The notes under the pieces are model-generated. The model was not told the DNA's origin and made no database searches. It saw only the letters and a program-made list of their open reading frames with translations. DNA of 63,998 bases, filler included, from Stramenopiles sp. TOSAG23-3 (taxonomy: Eukaryota), in the NCBI GenBank assembly GCA_900128585.1. It is 4 parts of 4 records of this genome, joined end to end, with 100 filler letters (N's around TTAATTAATTAA, not from the genome) between each part and the next. Parts side by side here need not be neighbours in the genome. Positions count along the whole stretch, not along the records: positions 16,598 to 33,036 come from LT642486.1; positions 33,137 to 49,570 come from LT642487.1; 2 more parts are not named here. The stretch is one strand, 5' to 3'. The first letter of the stretch is position 1; every line of letters starts with the position of its first letter. A program made the translations under genes and the position numbers. Of this stretch, positions 32,101 to 40,293 are shown one piece after another.

Positions 32101-33036
32101 TTGTTGATTTAATAAAACATCATCGCGTGTAAGCTGCAAACTTGTGGCATGTTTCAAACTTTGCGCTTGCCTTACCCATTGACAAAACCCCAGACGCTTG
32201 TGCACATTCGTTAAGCGCACCAGAATCTTTTGAAGGAATCGTGTCTGCGAATGTGCCTTGCGGATGGCTTCAGTTGTAAACCAGCGCCACAGAGAAAAGA
32301 AGCGGGATTTTGAACGCCGCCGAATTGCATTGGACAATATTGCAGCTGTCTGTACCCTTTTGCTTCTTAGCTTTTGGCAGCTTGTGGCAATTTGTTCCTC
32401 AATTCGGTTCAATAACAAAACATTGCTGTTTCTTAGATGTTGGACGTGGCAGGCATTTGCAGTCATATACCATTTGTGGTAGTGCATACGTAGAAATTTT
32501 CTAGATTGGCGGAGAATGATAATCTTTAGTGCCCTTAATTTCACTTGTCTGTCATGTTGCTGCTGTTTTGCAATGTGACGCCAGGATCGGAAGACACGAC
32601 CACGAACGTTCCGGAAACGGTTCCGACCGATTAGTGTACCGAGGTACTCCTTTGTCTCTTGGTGCAACAAATTCCGGGATGCCAACTGTGCATTACATGC
32701 TTCCTTTAGTGCTGCCGCTTTTTCAATATGTACTCTGAGCAACTCTTCAATTTCTGATTTGTGAGCCTTTTCCAATTTAGTTTGCCTTATCGACATTTTT
32801 TCCCTCGCAATTTTAGATTCTCGTTCTGCACTATCTTTGATAGCTTTAGCTTGGGATGAAAATTTCAAAAAAATGTCTTTCTGTTGGAAATAATTGGTAA
32901 CGATGACCCACTTTCTGAACCCAAATTGCAGTTTCAATTTGATATGGCGTAGTATTACACTGGATAGTACCTTAAGTTGCATTTGCGTTTTGCTATGGTT
33001 CGTGTTTGCACTGCTACGCCATCGCGAAAATAAATG
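29197..33036 (-). CDS. Large coiled-coil protein with Sfi1-like F..W repeats, 5'-truncated at gap
   Basis: The frame is open to the gap (HLFSRWR...). Repeats GFRKW, VFRSW, FFSLW, GFCQW, IFVKW, AFRIW and RFNAW, plus long heptad regions. Confidence 0.8.
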   Translation of the reverse strand, partial: HLFSRWRSSANTNHSKTQMQLKVLSSVILRHIKLKLQFGFRKWVIVTNYFQQKDIFLKFSSQAKAIKDSAERESKIAREKMSIRQTKLEKAHKSEIEELLRVHIEKAAALKEACNAQLASRNLLHQETKEYLGTLIGRNRFRNVRGRVFRSWRHIAKQQQHDRQVKLRALKIIILRQSRKFLRMHYHKWYMTANACHVQHLRNSNVLLLNRIEEQIATSCQKLRSKRVQTAAILSNAIRRRSKSRFFSLWRWFTTEAIRKAHSQTRFLQKILVRLTNVHKRLGFCQWVRQAQSLKHATSLQLTRDDVLLNQQEQQKRLNLMSQALSNTKLRAGLLLSQRKSTSFRAKIFVKWSQWSASRSTHKKLQRNTLAPILFRATKINQLNAFRIWGKAVKKQAFVELSESHTEVLKKLKLKIKQEAALGLQNLQKHQSHHKAEIQHLKEVANEKQLRLSENISSLKYERDILKSQNASDEASLQNFKSKYETVSAKNEDLVHAVRSHEVKESNQMHMIESLTSEVKQLQESNIILKATVSAKEDQIRALNESNLKLKVESESQLSKSMSKVVTMEAEFKARMAEKGFEYEKQLAAMKEASNIQLSLATAKLRDLDQSLTELRSQAEYKMLSVQSEHAQETVNLKAAFDIKLAAVQNEANESIKSAQQLCRETETQIKEALNNEKRNVQQHSLTIGALERRLAASKLELVNMATKVSSCEQLKASSDETLAAVRQKLAQLQAERNYLQKDLDRERKQLGDSAEELRKKREEYHELARRLEENKQASEDAFTKAGANHEEEVIKLRTQIRETVEEAALQRNRNLELSSKFELKERKMSQDLQNLGTKIAAEREKYIRQGEKHLEIITNLEAELKSTNENNAKMKNAVSTAKTDMEACTKRISEVSRESEAHKQKSEQMGDRLHAIESEKREALESLQSCKDETALLVKHLAKEKTVAEFLQNKYDEALSALDDLKRRHHEELIRVREENNSLATRERQRYEDSNQMLGMRVADAERAAKNQAISTICGILPRHFDRVSRKRFNAWKTHASVQTALAVQSRRVLNEKRAVLEDHRVGAELINRELSEMKAVVAQATQEKLSIMSAAKSLKASLQSLSGECSAMRTERTHVVSGLTKKCDGLEREVTNVTGRLNNNLRSTSTLELECKILRKGLLEKEEKIESMGRLLHRSQELMKSTRRQLDEMDDKARHESEKSAAVQEVYKLLTEKDKQLDASKNVGSRLMKELHDAKGEIVKLKQVQMNFVGGVLNATAGLETDLRKSGKSSSSN

Positions 33037-33136
33037 NNNNNNNNNNNNNNNNNNNNNNNNNNNNNNNNNNNNNNNNNNNNTTAATTAATTAANNNNNNNN
33101 NNNNNNNNNNNNNNNNNNNNNNNNNNNNNNNNNNNN
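33037..33136. other. Artificial contig linker
   Basis: 44 N + TTAATTAATTAA + 44 N. Confidence 0.98.
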
Positions 33137-33404
33137 AGATATTGTTCTTGAACTGACACCTTCTTTTTTCTTTAATTTTAATTACTATAAAATAACAGCC
33201 AATTTTTCTTGTTTTAATATCATAACAGCCAATTTTTCGTTTTTAAAACATGTTTTAAATTCAAAAAGGTACACCCCATATAGAATTTATTCGAATTAAG
33301 AACATTTTGTACAAAAAATTTCAAACCATTTTTATCCTTCTAATGATCAATGAAGACATACTCACCTCTACAGAACACACACTGAAAAAATAAATTTACC
33401 AATT

Positions 33405-34673
33405 TCACGACAGAACCTTGTCAACACTGCCTTGGCTGTTGTCGTACTTGTCATACAACTCACCAAAAAGATCATAATCTATCCCACAGCTCTCTTTTCG
33501 CTTCTGCAAATCCTGCCGCCGCAGGTAAATACTACGAAACATGAGGCCTCCAATAATCAAAAAGAACGAGAGAGGAAACCAAATTTTTGACTGATGATCA
33601 ACAGCAGCACGCATTTCATCAGTTTTTATCACTTTCATCACCAAAAATGTTTCGCAGGCCCCGGCAAAGAGGTTAAAGAAACACCCCAACACCATTTTGT
33701 CCAGCGTTGTGAGGTAGGGAAGCTTTGGCATATTCTCACTGGCAATATAAAGGAACGTCGTGGCCGCCAAAAACAAACCTAAACTGATCTCCATTCTGTC
33801 CATGAATTCATCCATGAAAAAAACCATCCAGCTCAAAATTGAAAGCATAGACAGAATCAGCATAATTTTCCAAATGTAAAACCAGAAGTGCCTGTTGATG
33901 TGGATATCGAATACAATCGCAGTTTCCTGTCCATACAAATGAAACCTATTGTTATGCGGGGGAGGTGGCAAGCGGTAGACATGTGTGAGACTATGTTCAA
34001 TCCCAAACTCGGTAACCTGCTTGTCCAGAAACGCTGGAGCAACATCACTCGTTTTCTTCCCTCTCAGGTAGTTGAGTTTAACAATATCGTCCCCAGTATC
34101 TAGTTCGCAAATTAAAATGATTTTGATGGTACCACTCTCAAACGGAAAGTTGTGAAATTCTGACTCATGGGCAACAGTTCCTTCGAACTCAATAATTTGC
34201 CGTACCAAACCATTCGCTGGATAAAACCAAGGTTTATGGGCAGTCTTGGTCAGCGAATCAGCATTCAAAATATCTATGCTAGGAGTCCAAAGTCTGTCAC
34301 AGTCAACCTTTTTGTTTATCAATCTCCGGTTCACCCATTCGAGCACAAGAATAAACCTTAGATCTGCGGAAGAGCGCAACACGTCGAGGCCTCTTATCTT
34401 TTTCATCGTCAGGTGGGCGGAAACATGTGCTCTTCTGTCCAGAACAGAAAAGGGAGGCCTGGTGGAAACAGTACCCGAGTCTGCAGCTAGGAGTTCAACA
34501 TGGTCCGGATGAGTGTGAAGCCTGTAAAGCGTACTCGTCCTTCTAACAATATTTTTCGCTTTACGCAGAGTCTTTCTCTCCTTCTTTACTGCACCCCATT
34601 CCCTCACTTCCTCCGCCGACGAGACTTCTGCAGCCGAACCTTCAGAGACTGGCACTACTTTATTTGTGGCCAT
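33405..34673 (-). CDS. Cys-less (Pro-loop) pentameric ligand-gated ion channel subunit
   Basis: LWTPSIDILNA, FHNFPFE, R..WFYIWK before M1, M2 DRMEISLGLFLA, MPKLPYLTTLDK. Four TMs with a short M3-M4 loop. Confidence 0.92.
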   Translation of the reverse strand: MATNKVVPVSEGSAAEVSSAEEVREWGAVKKERKTLRKAKNIVRRTSTLYRLHTHPDHVELLAADSGTVSTRPPFSVLDRRAHVSAHLTMKKIRGLDVLRSSADLRFILVLEWVNRRLINKKVDCDRLWTPSIDILNADSLTKTAHKPWFYPANGLVRQIIEFEGTVAHESEFHNFPFESGTIKIILICELDTGDDIVKLNYLRGKKTSDVAPAFLDKQVTEFGIEHSLTHVYRLPPPPHNNRFHLYGQETAIVFDIHINRHFWFYIWKIMLILSMLSILSWMVFFMDEFMDRMEISLGLFLAATTFLYIASENMPKLPYLTTLDKMVLGCFFNLFAGACETFLVMKVIKTDEMRAAVDHQSKIWFPLSFFLIIGGLMFRSIYLRRQDLQKRKESCGIDYDLFGELYDKYDNSQGSVDKVLS

Positions 34674-35786
34674 CTGTTTCTGTGGCAACAGAATGCAAAC
34701 AATTTAATGGGCCCAACTGTGCTCCTCTATTCACCAACATGAAGTTTCCGTTTAAATCACCGCCAACTTGATAATTGCTTATATGATAGAATCCTATTCT
34801 ATTGTTTTTACATAATTTAGATATAATATAAGGGAATCGTTATTTTATATATAAAATATAATAAAAATAATAATATAATAGTGTCTTATAATGATGATGT
34901 ATGATGTAGTAGTATTACGAGGATCCTCACACGATAATAATATTGGAATGAATAATAATAAAGGGGAGTCGTTCTAAAGTTAAGCTAGCTTTGACTCTCC
35001 TACGGTAGGGTACCGGTAGCTCTATATATTTTTTATTTTTTCCTTCTTCTATTTTTGGAAAATTAGTTATTTTTTTTTCTTTCCCCCCGCCGCGCCGCCT
35101 CCGTTCGGTATAGAATGACTATTATAATTACATCGTACGGTACATTAAAATACGGGTTCGAGTAGGGGTAAATAGTAGGGTTGTGCCGCGGGGATCGGGT
35201 TACCCTCTCAATTCTCTTATCCATCGATTGTCATTGTTGTGAAAAGAACAAAAACACCAAAAAAAAAAAATAATAATAAAAAATCCAATCATCTATTTTC
35301 GATATTTTCATTTTCTAATATAATGCTGTGTCTATATAAAATATGTTTCAGTCCAACATCATCGTCGTTTGTTTGGATTTTTTTTTTTTTTGCAATTATT
35401 TATTATTCGATAATAAAAAAAAAGAGAAAAAATTAAATCTATCGTGTGTTCATGTTAAAATATATTAAATTTTTTTAGATTTCGTCATCATTCTTCTTCT
35501 TCTATCTACTACTACTTTTAGTTGTGTGTAAATAGTGTATTTGTAGTAGATAGATGTAAAAATAATTATTTAATTTGTTGTTGGCAACCAACACCGACGG
35601 CCGACGATCCATTTTTATTATTTATTAAGAAGAAATTTGCCGCCTGTGATATTACTAAGTACAATGCGAATGAAATTATTTCTATGCTTTGCAAAAGACA
35701 GGCAGAAATGTTTCGTATAACGTTTATTAATTCTTTCTGCAAAAACTTATTAATTTCATTGACGTTTGTTGGCTGGAACTATAAAA

Positions 35787-36554
35787 ATGGCAGCAGCGGC
35801 AGTATCAAAAGGAGTGTGCGCGGTAGTTGGGTGCGGACCAGGAATGGGAGGTAGTGTAGCGCTTAAATTCGCAAGGGAAGGCTTCGCTATTGCGGCGTTG
35901 AATCGTACTGCAAAGTCCTTTGAGCCTACGCGTTTAGAACTTTCAAAATTAGGTGCGAAATTTGCTTTTTATGAAACGGATGCTACAGTAGAGGCGAGCG
36001 TGAAAGAATCGTTTGAAAGAGTGAGGAAAGAATTGGGTCTTGTGAATGTCCTTGTGTACAACTGTGGGGGTGGCGGGTTCGGCCAGACGGTCCTTGAGAT
36101 TAACCCTGCAGAGTTCACAAAGTCGTTTGAGATTAGCTGCGTTGGCGCTCTATTGTGCACCCAAGCTGTACTTCCAGGAATGCTTGAGCACGAAGGAAAC
36201 GGTCCACACCGTGTTAAGAAGAAGGGAACAATTATCTATTCTTCGGCAACCTCTGCATTCAGAGGCGGGGCAAAGACCGCCCAGTTTTCCTGTGGAAAGC
36301 ACGCTCTTCGTGCCCTTTCTCAGTCCGTAGCGAAGGAATACGGGAAACAAGGAGTGCATGCGTGCCATGTCAGGCTTGATTGTATCCTGGACGTTCCTGC
36401 ATATCGTGCGAAGTATCCGGAAATGTATGAAGCAGATAATCTTGCTTCGACGGATGACATCGCTGAAAGTTACTTTGCGATTCACATGCAATCCCCACTT
36501 GGTTGGAGCAACGAAATAGACATCCGTCCATTCAAGGAAGGGTGGTCATGTTAA
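35787..36554 (+). CDS. Short-chain dehydrogenase/reductase
   Basis: VVGCGPGMG, VLVYN, GTIIYSSATS and FSCGKHALRALSQSVAKE (catalytic Y replaced by F). Confidence 0.92.
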   Translation: MAAAAVSKGVCAVVGCGPGMGGSVALKFAREGFAIAALNRTAKSFEPTRLELSKLGAKFAFYETDATVEASVKESFERVRKELGLVNVLVYNCGGGGFGQTVLEINPAEFTKSFEISCVGALLCTQAVLPGMLEHEGNGPHRVKKKGTIIYSSATSAFRGGAKTAQFSCGKHALRALSQSVAKEYGKQGVHACHVRLDCILDVPAYRAKYPEMYEADNLASTDDIAESYFAIHMQSPLGWSNEIDIRPFKEGWSC

Positions 36555-36563
36555 AAGGTTGTC

Positions 36564-37018
36564 ATTAAAAACAAAAAATTTGCTGTTATTTCAGTAATTA
36601 AAATTAATTTTCCTCAATGTACCGCGAATGTGAATCTACTCCGCTTGTTCATTAAAGGTGTACGTTCCTTCATATACTGCGAACTTGTCAGTTAAATATA
36701 GAACTACCGTTTCGGATCATGCATGGAGTACATCTGAGAATGATAGTCAAGACTAAGTGACAAGGGTATATGGATTAGAATGGACAAAAGGAGCAGATTC
36801 ATTTTCGCGGTACACGAGGACGAATTATTTCAATTACTTAGTGTTAATCCATCTACTGTTGATTCAGACCATAAATGGAGTACATCTGAGAATGATAGTC
36901 AATACTAAGTGACAAGGGTATATCGATTAGTCAGACCAAAAGAGCAAAAGATAGATTTCAGTTCGCAGTACATTAATTTTACTTACTGAAATAACAGCCA
37001 ATTTTCTTGTTTTTAATT
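36564..37018. mobile_element. MITE-like/foldback repeat with long imperfect terminal inverted repeats and an internal 152-bp-period duplication
   Basis: 36564-36640 is inverted relative to 36950-37018 and to 36790-36840. A 56-bp direct repeat lies at 36723-36778 and 36875-36930. Confidence 0.5.
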
Positions 37019-37167
37019 ACTTAGACAACAGCCAATTTTCTTGTTTTTAATTAATACTTAGTACTTAATCCACTTAAATAACCGTCAATTTTTTTTTGTT
37101 TTTTATAGAACTTACTTCTCGCAATTCACACTTTTTAACTTTTTAATTTAATCAGGAGATTGGTCGC

Positions 37168-38286
37168 TTAAATTCCTGGACCGCTCCACTTCGCCTGGTC
37201 CTGACTCGCCAATACATTGTCTTCAATTCCACACTCATTTGCCCCTCGTAGGATTCTAAAGTAACCATTCTCTCCCCAGAAAGGGTTCCAGGAATTTGCG
37301 ACTTTCCAGTACTTCACTTTGTTCTCTTCTCCCCACCCAACGATTCTAACGGCGTGCCCACCAAGTGGTTGGAGTTTTTTATTGCTCAAGTGGTAAATCC
37401 CTTTGACGTAATTCTCGAAATCTGGGTACACAGTAAAAGCACTGCTGACTGAACCATACATCATAATGGATGCTGCAATTTGGTCGATGTCTTCTGCTTT
37501 AAATTGGTGTATCATTTTTTCGTCAATTTTATACCGATCTTTCTTCCATGACTTGTAAGGGGCCTTCGAGTCGTCGTCGCATTTGTCAGGGCACTTGGGG
37601 TCTGTTTCCACCTCTGGACAGCCTTTCGAACCTTCCGCCGGGAACGGGTCATTCCCTCTCGGGCCATGGTGGTGGCAATGGGGAAGCGTAAACGAGGAGC
37701 AGAAACCGCGATGCCCAAATGGTCCAGTGTTGTTAAACTGACTACCCGTCACCAAGCCCATATCACCGACGTGCAGCCAAGCATCGTTAGGATAGCCTCC
37801 ATCGCAACCGCCCGAGAAAATTGCGGGGCAAAAGCACGCTTCTTGCGCCGACAGCGGAACGGCAACTGTCGCATTTGTGGCAATGCAGAGCCGATCGGAT
37901 GCAGCTCCCGCGGGACCAAAAGCCCAGCAACACCCGCAATCAGATTGATCACGAATATCATCAATCACATGCTTGCACTGCGGCCACTTTTTGACGGGAT
38001 CGAAATCTTTCGGCAACTGTGATATGATCGCTTCGGGGTACAAAGGAGCCTGTCGAAGCCGCCCTTTTTCCCGCTCTGCGACGAGCACTTCATTGAAGTC
38101 TGGAAGGACACCGCATAATCGTTTTGAATGCCCGACTGGTTTGCCGACAAAGCGAGAGTTGTGACCAGCCTCCCACAACAGACCAGGGATACGGTTCGTC
38201 CGTTTGATCAGTTCGTCTCGGGAGTATGGTTGGACCGACGCGACGGCGACAACGAAAATAGCGGAGGCAACGAGTCGGCAAATCAT
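37168..38286 (-). CDS. CTSB: Cathepsin B-like cysteine protease precursor
   Basis: Signal peptide, IRDQSDCGCCWAF, GCDGGYP, occluding loop PHCHHH, GGHAVRIVGWG and YWKVANSWN..WGENGYF. Confidence 0.95.
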   Translation of the reverse strand: MICRLVASAIFVVAVASVQPYSRDELIKRTNRIPGLLWEAGHNSRFVGKPVGHSKRLCGVLPDFNEVLVAEREKGRLRQAPLYPEAIISQLPKDFDPVKKWPQCKHVIDDIRDQSDCGCCWAFGPAGAASDRLCIATNATVAVPLSAQEACFCPAIFSGGCDGGYPNDAWLHVGDMGLVTGSQFNNTGPFGHRGFCSSFTLPHCHHHGPRGNDPFPAEGSKGCPEVETDPKCPDKCDDDSKAPYKSWKKDRYKIDEKMIHQFKAEDIDQIAASIMMYGSVSSAFTVYPDFENYVKGIYHLSNKKLQPLGGHAVRIVGWGEENKVKYWKVANSWNPFWGENGYFRILRGANECGIEDNVLASQDQAKWSGPGI

Positions 38287-38729
38287 TCTTTTAGATTGGT
38301 TCTGAAATTGGAATTATAACCTTCTATACGTAAAATTATACAACGTGGGAAAGTACTTTCATGACTTGTCTGACGGATAATTTTTCTATTCACCCGTTCG
38401 TGCAGTTCCTCAGATTTGCTTTATTAGACGACGACTATTACTTAATATATTGGTATGAAAAAAAACTATATCACATCCAAGTTTGTTGTTGTTTGTTTTG
38501 TTGGCCCAAAATCCAACAAAAAGAAAGTGCCAAGTTCATGTTGTTTAATAGACGACTAGGAGAGTAAAGGTACACAGCATCAGAAATACCCGTACCGGTA
38601 CGGTAACGACTGCAGTAGTTCCATGACAGTTTTATCGCTTTTATTATTCATTAAGAAATAGGTAGATCTTTTCTACCAGAGCAAAAAGCAAAAAAATTCC
38701 GAACCGTTAGGTACCGTACGAACTATTTG

Positions 38730-39953
38730 CTAATCCACAACAACAGTACATCCAATGGGGGCATGGTCGCTGTGATCGTATTTAGCCAAGATGTACGAAT
38801 CGGTAACTTCTGGGCTTTCCCTTTTCCCATTCACTAAAGACGAGGAGCCAATAGCATAATCCAGTCGTAAGCCTCGATTGACAGGTCTATTTCCAGCGCG
38901 AACGGACCAGTACGAGAATTGGCCCAATGCGTTCGGGTTAAAATGCCTGAAGGTGTCGACAAAGTCATGCGTAGACAGCAGTTCTGTGAACGATGCTCGT
39001 TCTTCTGCTGTGCACCCTGCTTGCTTCTGCAATTGTTTGAGGCCTTGGTACTCGTTTTCCCCTTCTGGGAGGTCAGGAAACCATGGTCGGACGTAGTAGT
39101 TATGGGTGTCGATTATCTGGTGCGCTACATTCAAATCCCCAACCAACAGCACAGGCTTTCCTTTCCCCTCCAGCGATTTCAAATAGTTGCCAAAACTTTT
39201 ATCCCACGTATTCACACGGTAATCAAGCCGGTCCAATTTTTGGCCACTGTTCGGCACATACGCGTTTACCACGTAAAGAGAAGGAAGTTCTACGGTGACC
39301 ACCCGCCCTTCTTTTGTAGCGATGGCATCACTCTCATACTTTTCCCCAAGCCCATACGTCACGTTCAAGACGGTGGCAGATTTTTTCGCAGAATCGGTCC
39401 CTTTCCCAGATTTTGACTTGCCCCCAAACATTGCCGTTAAAGACTGCTGCTTCTTCTTCTTCGTCTTTGTCCGAACAAACATTGCGACTCCTGCATAACC
39501 CTTTTTTTGTGGAGGTCCACTGCACGTCCAAAACTGCTCATACTCAGGCAGTAGCTTTTTCATCTCCTCTCCTATTGATTCTACGTGGATATCTTGTAAC
39601 TTATGCTCCTGAAGCCCGAGCAGGTCTGGGGATTCTGTCTCTACCATATCAAGGAAAGTTTTCTTTCGCTTTTCATTGTTCAAGAGCCCTCTGAGGCCAG
39701 CAACATTTGTCGATATAATGACCAAATCCTTCTTTCCAACCTTTTCCCTCGGTATGTCCTCTTTATCAACGGTCTTGGATTTCGCGGTCTTTTTGCTCTT
39801 CTTGGCAGGACTTTTTTTGCTCGCCGAAGCTTCGGTGGACGCCTGTCGTTTCGGCATGATGTTTTGGACAGTTGATCTGAACAAACTATGGCACAAGTAG
39901 CTCTTGGTTTTAAATTGCGCAAGGTGTCGATACGAAAGCAAAATTCCACTCAT
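38730..39953 (-). CDS. APEX1: AP endonuclease (ExoIII/APE1 family); second ATG at 39857
   Basis: NVAGLR, LQEHK, KGYAGVA, EGRV, YVPNSG, GDLNVAH, DTFRHF, GLRLDY and SDHAPI. Confidence 0.95.
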   Translation of the reverse strand: MSGILLSYRHLAQFKTKSYLCHSLFRSTVQNIMPKRQASTEASASKKSPAKKSKKTAKSKTVDKEDIPREKVGKKDLVIISTNVAGLRGLLNNEKRKKTFLDMVETESPDLLGLQEHKLQDIHVESIGEEMKKLLPEYEQFWTCSGPPQKKGYAGVAMFVRTKTKKKKQQSLTAMFGGKSKSGKGTDSAKKSATVLNVTYGLGEKYESDAIATKEGRVVTVELPSLYVVNAYVPNSGQKLDRLDYRVNTWDKSFGNYLKSLEGKGKPVLLVGDLNVAHQIIDTHNYYVRPWFPDLPEGENEYQGLKQLQKQAGCTAEERASFTELLSTHDFVDTFRHFNPNALGQFSYWSVRAGNRPVNRGLRLDYAIGSSSLVNGKRESPEVTDSYILAKYDHSDHAPIGCTVVVD

Positions 39954-40293
39954 AACGTTATGGGCACGTCCAAATCATACTTAATTCGACGAAGCATTTA
40001 GTTCCTTGAAATATTCTATGAAGAAGGAGATATTGATGTTCATCGAACCGAAAGAAAGCAAGAAGTCGGTCCAGTCGGTTGTTTGTTTGGTACTCTGGTG
40101 TGGGGCTGGTGAAGAATTGAGAAAAAAAATAAATTATTTGCGAAAGGATATTCCGTAATTTGTTGATTTTTTGTTTTTGTATACTATACTAATATAATTA
40201 CAAGTACAATTAATTCCTATCACACAATTTCAATTTTTTTATTTATGCGCACTGTACCGACACATAGGTCGGACGGTCGGAATTTCATTTTCT

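Noticed and set aside
35150-35210. GGTTCGAGT resembling a tRNA T-loop/B-box
   Set aside because: No T-stem, A-box or cloverleaf.
36723-36930. Repeat-spacer-repeat as a CRISPR array
   Set aside because: Only two 56-nt copies within a larger duplication, eukaryotic context and no cas genes.
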